Assembly: GCA_964387845.1 (NCBI GenBank)
Contig: CAYLXA010000010.1
Coordinates: 37,059 to 101,058, forward strand
Source: an uncultured bacterium
GTDB taxonomy: Bacteria; Omnitrophota; Omnitrophia; Omnitrophales; Abzuiibacteriaceae
DNA length: 64,000 bases
Reading direction: 5' to 3'
In this document: piece after piece, positions 35,433-45,020 of the stretch
Layout of the letters: each line of letters opens with the position of its first letter
How positions within the stretch are numbered: the stretch's first letter is position 1
Translations under genes and position numbers: made by a program
Notes under the pieces: generated by a model
The model's database searches: none
What the model saw: only the letters and a program-made list of their open reading frames with translations
What the model was told of the DNA's origin: nothing

Positions 35433-37136
35433 TTACCGCTTTGAATCAGTTAAGGCGGATTTTAATTCAGATTGGGCTTTTAAGCATTTGTCGCCCACGC
35501 AAGACGGCCAAACAGGCCTATCCGATCGCGAAAGGCTTAAATGATCAAGGTAAAATGTTCCCAATTTCGGGTTTGTACTTCTTTCTAACTTCAAAGTAAA
35601 CTCGGGCGATTCGCCGGGCTGCAGCTCTCCTGAAACCGGTACCTCATAAAGCTGCCATGCAGTGGCAACATTTTTCGCAATCACAGGATGAGCGACCAGC
35701 GTTGCGCCCCTCCATTCAACTTTTAATTCCTTCGGGAAAGGCTGGGATGATCCCTTTAAATAGAACTTTAAGGTTTTGAAATCATTCGGATCAATGGCCG
35801 CAATTTCAAAAGTTTTCGGATTGATGCTGACCGTTACTTGGCAAACCGGTTTCTGTTTCGACTCAAGGTCGTAATCAATTTTTAAAGATTTTCCCCGAGG
35901 ATCATTAAGCGCATCGCCACGGCTGAAAGCATAAGAGCATTCGCCATATGACTTAACCGAATAAAACTCGCTTGGCCGGCTGTTCGAAATCTTCTGAGGA
36001 GAAATGTTTTGATTAAAATCAGCCAAAACGAAATCTTCTATTAATTCGCAAGTTTGCGAACAATCTCCGGCAAATTCAGCCCGGTATTGACAAATCTCGT
36101 CGCCAATACCCAAACATTCATCTTGGTACAAACACTCTGTTCCGTCATCGCAAAACGAGCCGTTGTCGCATTCTTCCCCTTCATCTTCCACATTATCGCC
36201 GCAGCAAGATGGCTGCCCGGACGGATCGCAATCGCTGCAATCGGGCAAGCAAGTTTGTGCACAAATATAACCCTCACTGCTTGCGCAACCGATATCTCCG
36301 TTCACATCGCAAACTTCATCTCCGGTGATTTGACCATCTCCGCAGAAATTGGACGTCACACATTCACAGCCCGCACATACGTCCCCGCCTGTGCAATCAC
36401 CGTCGGCTTCACATTCTTCACCCGGATCGACAATTCCGTTTCCGCAAATTCCCGTCGGAACACAGCTTCCTGACGGATTGCATGCTTGGTTAGGACCGCA
36501 TTGAATGCAAATCGGATTTGCGCCGCATTGAGTGGCAGTATTTGTACACCCAAAACTTTCATTGCAAATATCTTCCGTACACGAAATCCCGTCATCACAA
36601 AGCGTATGATTCGGCGCATATTGGCATCCGTTCACCGGGTCGCAGGAATCTACCGTGCAGGCAAATGTGTCATCACAATCGAGAGGCATGCCTGCGGTGC
36701 AGGTACCGGCCTGGCAGGCTTCATCACCGTTGCAAACCGTGCCGTCGGCGCAGGAAGTGCCGTTTGAAACGGGCGCATGCGTACAGTTACCAGCGTTACA
36801 CGCATCCGTTGTGCATGGATTGTTGTCATCACAGCCACCGGGACATGGCGCGGCGCATACGTTCGCCCAAAATTGAATATCGAGCCCGTTAACGGCGCCG
36901 TCTACATTTAGATCGGCTGAACAAAATTCTTGCGGTGACGGAGGCGGCGGAAACCCGAGTAAAATGTTGATGAAAAGATTGAAATCGTCCTGGCCTTCGG
37001 CGGGTTCGATTGTGCCGTCATTATCGATATCGCAGAGTGTGCAAGCGACGCCGGCATGAGCAGGAAGAGAGCATGAAAATAGAACTGTAAAGAAAAACGT
37101 GGAAATGATTAAAAGAAGCTTAGACTTGCGAATCAC
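35433..37136 (-). CDS. secreted dockerin-like plus cysteine-rich-repeat protein
   Basis: Signal peptide; two dockerin-type Ca-binding repeats (DIDNDGTIEPAEGQDDFNLFINILLG; DLNVDGAVNGLDIQFWANV); then many C-x-D/N-x-N-x-C-T-x-D-x-C repeats resembling the Myxococcus cysteine-rich repeat. Confidence 0.6.
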   Translation of the reverse strand: MIRKSKLLLIISTFFFTVLFSCSLPAHAGVACTLCDIDNDGTIEPAEGQDDFNLFINILLGFPPPPSPQEFCSADLNVDGAVNGLDIQFWANVCAAPCPGGCDDNNPCTTDACNAGNCTHAPVSNGTSCADGTVCNGDEACQAGTCTAGMPLDCDDTFACTVDSCDPVNGCQYAPNHTLCDDGISCTEDICNESFGCTNTATQCGANPICIQCGPNQACNPSGSCVPTGICGNGIVDPGEECEADGDCTGGDVCAGCECVTSNFCGDGQITGDEVCDVNGDIGCASSEGYICAQTCLPDCSDCDPSGQPSCCGDNVEDEGEECDNGSFCDDGTECLYQDECLGIGDEICQYRAEFAGDCSQTCELIEDFVLADFNQNISPQKISNSRPSEFYSVKSYGECSYAFSRGDALNDPRGKSLKIDYDLESKQKPVCQVTVSINPKTFEIAAIDPNDFKTLKFYLKGSSQPFPKELKVEWRGATLVAHPVIAKNVATAWQLYEVPVSGELQPGESPEFTLKLERSTNPKLGTFYLDHLSLSRSDRPVWPSCVGDKCLKAQSELKSALTDSKR

Positions 37137-37406
37137 TACTGTGAGATTTCCCTTCAGAAATGACGTTAAGCGGTATTATAGCTAAAATATTAAGCAATTT
37201 CAAATGATTTTAGCTATTTGTGTGAGTTTAGGTGTTGATTAGTATTGGATTTCATCTAAAAAGTGAGGGGGGATTAACCAACGAAGAGAAACTTGATGCC
37301 CTGCTTACAATCAGCGCTCGGGTTGATACGGGCGGCAAAGATAATACTTTGCGCGCCCGAATCTCCTGAGTTCCTATTCTTTTTTCAAACCAGTCTCTCA
37401 AATTAA

Positions 37407-40367
37407 TTAGAAGATTCCGAGAGACGGGCCGTGTCCTTGCTGTCCTGTTGCGGGCAAAACAAACAAAGCATTCAACAGATCAGTTGGTGTAATACCCGCC
37501 GCTAATAATTGAGCTAACGTTGTAAGGCCGCCTGTAGCGGTTGTAGTCACAACAACTGCATCGATCGGGAAAAGCTTAATACCGTTGAAGAAAACGGTTC
37601 CGGGAGGCGTTGTCAAGACATCCGGATCGCCAAAATTAAGATTGGCACTAGGGTCTTCAACTTCGCCATTGATAACACCTTCTAAATTAATCGAGGTATC
37701 ATCAGCATCCGTACCGCCTGCGCGGACAGTTAGCGTTGCGTCATTTGTAATGTTGACATCGATTCCGTCAGCGGTAACGCCGATTGTACCGGCGGCTTCT
37801 AAGGTCGAATCCGCTCCAGCTACCACATTAACCGCAGCTCCATTTGCATCCAAAATACTGCCGGTTAACGCATTGATAAATACCGAACCCGCCGTAGAAA
37901 TCAAGCCAAGCAGCCAGTCACCGGTTGTAGATGTAACATTGATGTTGCCGGAATCTGTTATTGCATTCAGGTTCGCTCCATCTGCCTCTACGATATTGAC
38001 TTCACCGGTTCCAGTACCTGTAATGTTGAGCGTATCGGCTGTCGTGTTAATAGCAGCGCCAGCCTGTCCGACATCTCCATCCGCACCACCTGCAATTAAA
38101 TTCACGATAGTACCCGTCACACTCGAAGCAACACCGCCCAAAAGGTCGCCTGCAAGCGCCATAAGCGTAACATTGCCCGTTGCCGCAATTGTGCCTAACG
38201 TCCAATCACCTGTTGTGGTAGTGGCATTAATATCGTTTGCAGCTGTTGCATCCAATATCGCACCATTCGATTCCGTAACAAAGATTGATCCCAATGTTGA
38301 AACAAGGTTCAAAGTGCTAGCCATTGTATTAATCATCAAATCGCCTAGCCCCCCAACATTTCCATTTGCTGTCAGAATCACGGTGCTGGCTGAGATCAAA
38401 GACCCTGCGGTGCCTAAAATGCTGCCGCCGAAGGCATTCAATTCAATATGATTGGCCAACGCATAACCGATCAGCAAATCACCGGTAATAACATTGCCCA
38501 AGATGCTGCCGGGAGCTTCTGCATTCAAGATAACGCTGTCTAATTCATTAAAGATGATGGAGCCGGTGTTCACTATGAAGTAAAGCACATCGGCAGCCGT
38601 ATTGATGATTGCATCACCCACGCCGCCGATATCATTGCCGGCCGATAGAATCACGGTGCTGGCTGAGATCAAAGACCCTGCGGTGCCTAAAATGCTGCCG
38701 CCGAAGGCCGCTAACTCAACTGTTCCATTTCCCGCGTTCATTGTGCCGACGTTAATGTTTCCAGAATTTGACAAGACTCCAATCATTCCATTATTTGAGG
38801 ACGTATCAATGTTCGTGATAGTCGCGTTATTTGTAGTAATGAACACATTGCCGCCGCTCACAATATCGCTACCGGCAGCTTGGACAAAATCTCCTGAGTT
38901 GTCGGCATCAACGTCCGTATTGATATTCAGAACACTGCCAGTGTCCGCTGTAATATCTGCATTGACCGTAACGCCTTCATTTGCCGTAATGGCAACATTG
39001 CCAAAAACCTGCAGGTCGCTCAATAATGAAACCCCGCCATCGGCAAAAATACTGGAGCCATCATTCATAACAAATGAACCTGCGCCGCTGCTATCGGCAT
39101 CTGCCTGAAACGCTGCGCTTCCGCCTGTCACATTGACACTTGCACCAGCATTAAAAATAAGGTCGTTATTAGCAAAAAAGTTTTGATCTCCGGCAAAATT
39201 ATTAACACCGTCAAAAATAATGTCGTCACCGGCGCCTAATTCAAAATCGCCTCCGCCGGAGCCTGTGCGAGCATGCACATCTGACCGCAGCCCACGGACA
39301 GAAATTGACCCGTTGTCTAAATAGATGTTATTCGCAAAAATTCCGCCATAACCGGCAAGCCCGCCTTCCAAGGCATCTGCCAGAATACTGCCGGAATGCG
39401 CAACAGTTTGCCCTTCAATGCGGAGATAGCCAGCATCTGCATTTTCAACGCTGCCGCTCACATTCAAAACTCCCGAATTATGAACAGCGCCACCATTACC
39501 AATAAGCTCGATCACACCGTTTCTAACAACCACGCTGACGGCTTCGATAATGCCTGTGTTATTGACAAGCTGAGTAAAAATATTTCCCACAGTCTCGGCC
39601 CGCAACAGGACTTTTCCGCCATCGGCTTTAATGAGACCTGCGTTAGCAACCGCGACTTCGCTTTCATTATTAATGGTTGAAACAAGCGCTTCAGGAATAG
39701 AGAGATTGATGAGGCCGTTCGGATCAAATGTAATCGTCGCAGTTTCACCGCTGGCAAGAACCACAGACCCTAATTCAGCGACAATGCTTCCCATATTGGC
39801 TACGGAGCTGCCCAAGAGGACAACAAAACCGCCCGGCTGAGCCACAATATGGCCTTCATTAATAACACTTCCGGCTTGAGAACCATTTTCGAAGGTGTAA
39901 TTTCCGGAGAGGAAGTTTGCTGTAGAAATACTAAGTGTTGAGGCAACCAGGCCGGCCACATCGATATTGGCCATTGACCCTATGTTAATGCCGGCTGGAT
40001 TAACGATAAATACAAAGCCGTTTGAGAATAAATTTCCGAATATATTGGAAGCTACACCGCCGGTCACGTTATTTAAAACCGAACCGCCGGCAATATTAAA
40101 CCAAAAGTTAAAGGTTTGTCCCAAATCAATATTGAATTGATCCCAATTAAAAACCGTTCCATCTTGAAGCCCGTTAAATGTACAACCCGAAGCATCGCAG
40201 CTATAGCTATCATAACCACCCGCTTCAACCTCCGGCGGCACAACATCGTCCGCATACAAAGGAATTACTTGAAAACAAAAAAGGGCAAATGAAAGGACAA
40301 GGGAAAGAACTTTGAAATATTTGGAAACCCGAATGGAGTTAAGCGTTACAACTTTTGGAAGCTGCAT
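37407..40367 (-). CDS. two-partner-secretion exoprotein TpsA-1 (filamentous haemagglutinin family, 986 aa)
   Basis: TPS domain NWDQFNIDLGQTFNFWFNIAGGSVLNN...NPAGINIGSMANIDVAGLVASTL; beta-helical repeats; a C-terminal block near-identical to TpsA-2. Confidence 0.8.
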   Translation of the reverse strand: MQLPKVVTLNSIRVSKYFKVLSLVLSFALFCFQVIPLYADDVVPPEVEAGGYDSYSCDASGCTFNGLQDGTVFNWDQFNIDLGQTFNFWFNIAGGSVLNNVTGGVASNIFGNLFSNGFVFIVNPAGINIGSMANIDVAGLVASTLSISTANFLSGNYTFENGSQAGSVINEGHIVAQPGGFVVLLGSSVANMGSIVAELGSVVLASGETATITFDPNGLINLSIPEALVSTINNESEVAVANAGLIKADGGKVLLRAETVGNIFTQLVNNTGIIEAVSVVVRNGVIELIGNGGAVHNSGVLNVSGSVENADAGYLRIEGQTVAHSGSILADALEGGLAGYGGIFANNIYLDNGSISVRGLRSDVHARTGSGGGDFELGAGDDIIFDGVNNFAGDQNFFANNDLIFNAGASVNVTGGSAAFQADADSSGAGSFVMNDGSSIFADGGVSLLSDLQVFGNVAITANEGVTVNADITADTGSVLNINTDVDADNSGDFVQAAGSDIVSGGNVFITTNNATITNIDTSSNNGMIGVLSNSGNINVGTMNAGNGTVELAAFGGSILGTAGSLISASTVILSAGNDIGGVGDAIINTAADVLYFIVNTGSIIFNELDSVILNAEAPGSILGNVITGDLLIGYALANHIELNAFGGSILGTAGSLISASTVILTANGNVGGLGDLMINTMASTLNLVSTLGSIFVTESNGAILDATAANDINATTTTGDWTLGTIAATGNVTLMALAGDLLGGVASSVTGTIVNLIAGGADGDVGQAGAAINTTADTLNITGTGTGEVNIVEADGANLNAITDSGNINVTSTTGDWLLGLISTAGSVFINALTGSILDANGAAVNVVAGADSTLEAAGTIGVTADGIDVNITNDATLTVRAGGTDADDTSINLEGVINGEVEDPSANLNFGDPDVLTTPPGTVFFNGIKLFPIDAVVVTTTATGGLTTLAQLLAAGITPTDLLNALFVLPATGQQGHGPSLGIF

Positions 40368-40640
40368 GGAACACCTCTATCTTTAAATTGGTTTTCCCTG
40401 ATTCGGGAGCTGATGATCTGAATGAAAATGAAAATTTCGATTGCAGACTCTTGAGCTTTGCTTCTCACCTACTTGACATTGATCAATTTGGCAAGCGCCA
40501 TTTCGTCAGAGATAGGTTGAGCATATCATTTTGAATTATTGTGTCAACGCTTTTTTCGGTCAATTTTGAACAATATTTGGCTTGCGTGCTAATTTAGGCC
40601 GAAAGAGTCCCAAACCGCTCCCGCGGCTAAAAGCTGGAAG

Positions 40641-42368
40641 CTAATAATTTACCTGAAGACCGAAATGAATACGGCTCGCACTGCCTTCTGATGATTTTCC
40701 GCCAACCGGAATACCCCAATCGATACGGCCTTGCAAATTGCGGGCAATGTTCACTCGAATACCGCCTCCCACGCTCGTCATACGCTGACTTGAATCTTCA
40801 TTCTCAAACGGATCAATCACAAATGCTTTTCCAAAATCAACAAACGCAACTCCGCGAACGATATCTCGGATTGCCATTTTTGTGATTGGGCATTTTAAAT
40901 CTTTGGGAATGAAATACGGAGGAACGCGGACTTCAAGAGAGCCTTGAAATCCGTAATCGCCGAGATATTCGCCTTCCGGATATCCGCGGACAGTGTCATA
41001 TCCGCCTATGCGGAATTGTTGAGCCGGTATCAAACGGTGCGGTGTCAATTGAAAACTGGTTCGGCCAACCGCCTGAATTCCGTTCCAAATATTCTGAAGG
41101 CGGCCGATAGAAGCGTTGTATTGCCAAAAATAGCCGTCGGCTTCACGCCTGCTGGCATTCGGGTCATTGTTATCCAAACCACCCATGAAACCCCCAAAAG
41201 CGACTTGGACGTTATTTGAAAAAATGCTCCTGCCCCATCGATCGTTTTCAATAAAGTTAGGGCCAAAACGAAAAACACGTAAATCATCTTTGGCAACCGG
41301 AATGCCCTGCACTAAAGTTCGAATGCGCTTGTAATCAAAGCCGGTTGTAAATTCTCCCTGCACATATTTGGAATGGAGAAAAGGCATAATTAACGTGGGT
41401 CCGAACACAACCGCGCGGCCGGCAGCCGCCAGCGGTTTTAGATCCTTGCCCAACTCAACTTCAACACGGCTAAAGTCAAATGTCAAAATATCGCCGCGCG
41501 CATTTAAAGGAACCTGATAACTGCTTGAAACACCGATAAAATCTCTCCGCTCCGAAATTTCAACTCTGCTGGACAACTGGTCATCAAATCCCAGCAAATT
41601 TGTCGCAGTGGCCGTTGCAGATTGCCGAAAACGCCCGGTCGAAACCGTTCCTAAATTATTAAAACCATATCCGGCGTGAAACGGAAACTTTTCTTCTACT
41701 TTGAGAATAATATCCGTTGTTTCGGGCTTTTCTCCCGGCTCCAGCACAACCCGCACAATTCTGTCCGGATTTGCATTTAGTGCCGTCAAATATCTTTCAA
41801 GATTTTGATAGCGTAAAATGTCGCCTTCACGAACATTAAAACGCCTTCTGACCAAACTCTCACGCGTGTATTTAAGGCCTTCGATTTTAATCAAACCGAC
41901 TTTTGCTTCATGAATTTGAATGCGCACTTGCCCGTCTTCGAGTTTTTGCGGCGGAACAATCGCTCGAGTCGTGACATAGCCGCGAGTGCGGTAATGGGCC
42001 GTAATGTCTAAAGCAAGCTCTTTTAATTTTTGAAGATTGGTTGATTGATTTTCATAGGGACGCTTAAACTCATCGATAACGTCTTGAGGGAAAACGGTTC
42101 CGCCATCAACGCGGATAGACGTAATCGGAAATTCGGTATCCGGAAGGCCGGCCCCTTCTTCTTCAACGTATTTATTCTCAATTTCGGGCAGCGCAATTTC
42201 TTCCAAACGCTTGTACTGCGGCTGTTCGCGGAATTTTTCAGCAAGCACGCCCGCCTGTTCCGAAGCCGGAACAGATTCATCGGCAGCATAAACAGAGGTT
42301 GTTAGAACACCAAGAAGAAGAAAATAAAATATTGCAAATTTAATTAATGAATTTCCGCGGGCTGACAC
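40641..42368 (-). CDS. TpsB outer-membrane transporter (ShlB/FhaC/HecB family)
   Basis: Signal peptide, POTRA-like region, C-terminal beta-barrel ending in aromatic residue (…RIHFGLQVNY); lies immediately upstream of TpsA-1 on the same strand. Confidence 0.75.
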   Translation of the reverse strand: MSARGNSLIKFAIFYFLLLGVLTTSVYAADESVPASEQAGVLAEKFREQPQYKRLEEIALPEIENKYVEEEGAGLPDTEFPITSIRVDGGTVFPQDVIDEFKRPYENQSTNLQKLKELALDITAHYRTRGYVTTRAIVPPQKLEDGQVRIQIHEAKVGLIKIEGLKYTRESLVRRRFNVREGDILRYQNLERYLTALNANPDRIVRVVLEPGEKPETTDIILKVEEKFPFHAGYGFNNLGTVSTGRFRQSATATATNLLGFDDQLSSRVEISERRDFIGVSSSYQVPLNARGDILTFDFSRVEVELGKDLKPLAAAGRAVVFGPTLIMPFLHSKYVQGEFTTGFDYKRIRTLVQGIPVAKDDLRVFRFGPNFIENDRWGRSIFSNNVQVAFGGFMGGLDNNDPNASRREADGYFWQYNASIGRLQNIWNGIQAVGRTSFQLTPHRLIPAQQFRIGGYDTVRGYPEGEYLGDYGFQGSLEVRVPPYFIPKDLKCPITKMAIRDIVRGVAFVDFGKAFVIDPFENEDSSQRMTSVGGGIRVNIARNLQGRIDWGIPVGGKSSEGSASRIHFGLQVNY

Positions 42369-42736
42369 GACCTCTCCCTCGTTAGACTTGTTATAAAGTG
42401 AGCCTGAGAATAGTGGTTATTTTATGCTTCGATAAATTTTTTGCAAGTACTTTCGAAATTTAATTTAAGGGGTTTGGTGCTATTAAGATCGGCAAAAGAG
42501 GCCTAAACATTAGGAGGTTACACGAAAGACAATAGAGAAGAAAGAAGGAAATAACCGACCGAAGTTAGAAAAGCCGGCTACGACTGTAACCGACCCCCGC
42601 CAGATAGGCGGAAAGGCAAAAGCCAGATTTCGAACCCAGTCGGAGAGTTTGTTTTCGAGTTGGGCTTGCCTTTTTCATAACTTCAAAGCCGTTGTTAAAG
42701 ATCTAAAAAAACAAAATTAAAGCCTCTAAACGGTGA

Positions 42737-42775
42737 AAATCCCGCCCGCCACATATTCCGGCGGACGGGATTTTT
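42737..42775 (-). terminator. rho-independent terminator hairpin (aaatcccgcccgcc ... ggcggacgggattt), flanked by A/T runs
   Basis: 13-bp stem with one mismatch, 9-nt loop, U-run on the minus transcript. Confidence 0.6.
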
Positions 42776-42804
42776 AAATCTACTTGTGGGTCAATCGATT
42801 CGGC

Positions 42805-42948
42805 TTATTTCACGCCGATTCGACGGTAGAGCAGCAATACAGCGCCGATTACAAAGAACGGCATGTAGCTAACCAGCGTTGTTCCAAAATGCAGCCCTAC
42901 GATAATCCCCACCACAATACCTAGTGTTAAATGTTCGTCGATCTTCAT
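42805..42948 (-). CDS. small hydrophobic membrane protein (47 aa), absent from the ORF track because it is under 60 aa
   Basis: ATG at 42948-42946 preceded by AAGGGGGTGAGCAAA; MKIDEHLTLGIVVGIIVGLHFGTTLVSYMPFFVIGAVLLLYRRIGVK; followed by an intrinsic terminator. Confidence 0.5.
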   Translation of the reverse strand: MKIDEHLTLGIVVGIIVGLHFGTTLVSYMPFFVIGAVLLLYRRIGVK

Positions 42949-43370
42949 TTTGCTCACCCCCTTAGAATTTCAGCTTCGGGCTCTCCTACTAAAACAGCCC
43001 GAGCCGACATCCTAAAGAACCAGGCCAGCCGCCGGCAGAACCGGTTTTTGGCCTACATAAAAGATAACTCAGTGAGAATTAATTGCAAGTTGAGTGCCCT
43101 TTTTCCAGATAAAAAAGACTTCCTTTTTTTAATAAAAAAAGTCAGGCCTTTTGAACTTTTAATTTTGTTAACACAGCACGATTTTTTTCTAACAACTTGG
43201 CATAAAAATTAGTCAGGATTTGAAAAATTGTGGTCGTTATTATTATGGACTTGATTTGGAAAGCAGCTCTCTGATATTATTTTAGTCAGTCGCTGCATCC
43301 AAAGCGGCAAGTCTTTCTTAAAATTATTTGGGTCTTATTTTAGAAGCGAAGTTTTTGAAAGGAGAACGAA

Positions 43371-43682
43371 ATGCCTCACGTGATTACAGAAAAATGCTTA
43401 GGCGAACGTTACGCTTCTTGCGTTTCCGTATGCCCTGTCGATTGCATTCACCCGGGAGATTATAAAAGCGAAGCTTTCATGATTATCGATCCCGAAACCT
43501 GCATCGATTGTGGTGCTTGCGTTCCGGAATGCCCGATCAATGCGATCGTGCCGTCTCCGGATGATGATCCCGCTTACGCGAAGATCAATGCAGAGTTAGC
43601 GGCTACCTATAAGAACAATCCGAAAGTTCCGGAACGTCCGCGCAACGATCCGCCGAAAAAACCAGGCAATAAGCTTTCATAA
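43371..43682 (+). CDS. 7Fe-type ferredoxin
   Basis: CxxxxxxCP ... CIDCGACVPECP cluster motifs; 103 aa; RBS AAAGGAGAACGAAATG. Confidence 0.8.
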   Translation: MPHVITEKCLGERYASCVSVCPVDCIHPGDYKSEAFMIIDPETCIDCGACVPECPINAIVPSPDDDPAYAKINAELAATYKNNPKVPERPRNDPPKKPGNKLS

Positions 43683-43782
43683 GTATTGAAAATACCCGGA
43701 TGTCTTTAAGATATTCGGGTATTTTTATGCCTAATTTCAGCTTTCCTTTAATCTGGAAATTGACTACAATCTTCTCCTCTTT

Positions 43783-44625
43783 ATGGCTCAGGGAAAATTA
43801 CAAACAAAAGCAGCGCAAGGTATTTGGTTCTGGTTTAAGTGGATCTTAGCTTCTATCGGAAGCTTCGTGATTTCCATCTTTTTCTGGGATTGGCTGCTCA
43901 TTCAACGCCTCGGCAGCAATTTCAAAGACCCCAAAATAGCCATTGCCTGGATCGCTGCCGTTTTCGGCACTTGGTTTGTTATTCTCATTTTGCTCATGGC
44001 TAAAAAGGAAAAAGTCATGGGCCATATGGATAATGACGATGAAGCCACAATCGGCTGGTGGCTGATTTGGATCGGATTTACGATCGGCTCCTTCTTTCTT
44101 GCAGTGTGGTTTTGGACCCCTTTCATTAAAGAACATTTCGGCAGCATCAAAGAATCCGGCACTTCCCTAATTTGGATTTTCGCCGTATTCGGCACCTGGC
44201 TGATCGCGCTCGTCCCGCTTATGATTTTCATGTACAAGAAAGTGGACCAAGCTTACGAAAAGGCGCGGATCCGGAAAGAGAAAACAGGCGAGCAAAAGCC
44301 GGGTGGACAATACCGGGACCCCGTAAAAATAAAAGCGATTTTAATAGAGCCTTCAAAGCGCGCGCTGCCGAAATCAATCGCAGCGCAATTGAAAGATGTG
44401 CCGCTCACGATTAAAAACGGCCATTTGGTAACCGCTGTTCTGAAGAACGGCAAACGAATTGAAAACGTGTTTGTGGCCGACCGGCACGAGGTTTTGGGAG
44501 TTTACGATCAAACTGAAATGCCGTTTGAAGTGAAAGACATCGCAACGCTCGAACCTACCGATTTGACAAACCCGCCCGATTTTACTCAAAAAGCTTGGCT
44601 TCGCTTGGATGGAAACGCGGCTTAA
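43783..44625 (+). CDS. membrane protein with duplicated Trp-rich TM hairpins plus a C-terminal soluble domain
   Basis: 280-aa ORF; two similar WxWxxFTIGSFF hydrophobic blocks. Confidence 0.45.
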   Translation: MAQGKLQTKAAQGIWFWFKWILASIGSFVISIFFWDWLLIQRLGSNFKDPKIAIAWIAAVFGTWFVILILLMAKKEKVMGHMDNDDEATIGWWLIWIGFTIGSFFLAVWFWTPFIKEHFGSIKESGTSLIWIFAVFGTWLIALVPLMIFMYKKVDQAYEKARIRKEKTGEQKPGGQYRDPVKIKAILIEPSKRALPKSIAAQLKDVPLTIKNGHLVTAVLKNGKRIENVFVADRHEVLGVYDQTEMPFEVKDIATLEPTDLTNPPDFTQKAWLRLDGNAA

Positions 44626-44990
44626 CGGGCCGGCGCAATATCCTGGACGGTTTTTTGATTGCAGACGCTTTTGAGGGTGAGTTCTGGAGCTTTTTGAATG
44701 CCTTCCGCGTAACCATACATCGGAATCGTATCCCACGGGCAATTCTTCGCGCAAAGCGCACAGCCGATACAGCGCTCGATATCGACTTCGACCACCTGCT
44801 GAAATTGCGCGGCGCCCATTCCCGGTACAATTTCAATGCAATCCACCGGACAAAAAATAATACACGCTTCACAGCCCGTGCAGCCGTTTTGATTGATGAC
44901 CGCCAATTTGTTCGGCTCTCGTTTTCTCTCGGGTTTGCCGGAAATTAACGCCGGTCTCTCGCCTTTTCGAGCGGTATTTGTGGTCGCCAT
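44622..44990 (-). CDS. 4Fe-4S dicluster ferredoxin-domain protein
   Basis: CTGCEACIIFCP and CIGCALCAKNCP. Confidence 0.7.
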   Translation of the reverse strand: MATTNTARKGERPALISGKPERKREPNKLAVINQNGCTGCEACIIFCPVDCIEIVPGMGAAQFQQVVEVDIERCIGCALCAKNCPWDTIPMYGYAEGIQKAPELTLKSVCNQKTVQDIAPAR

Positions 44991-45020
44991 AATTTTCCTA
45001 TTTGGGCAGTATTATATCTG

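Noticed and set aside
36041-36892. ORFs in other frames within the dockerin/Cys-rich gene (for example 36518..36892 +, 36054..36473 +)
   Set aside because: These are shadow ORFs produced by the GC- and Cys-codon-rich repeat DNA. The minus-strand 567-aa ORF has a signal peptide and coherent repeats.
42369-43370. Possible tRNA or sRNA in the 1-kb gap between tpsB and the ferredoxin gene
   Set aside because: No cloverleaf-compatible sequence or conserved sRNA motif was recognised. The region contains a micro-ORF, a terminator and an AT-rich promoter region, so it is left unannotated beyond those.
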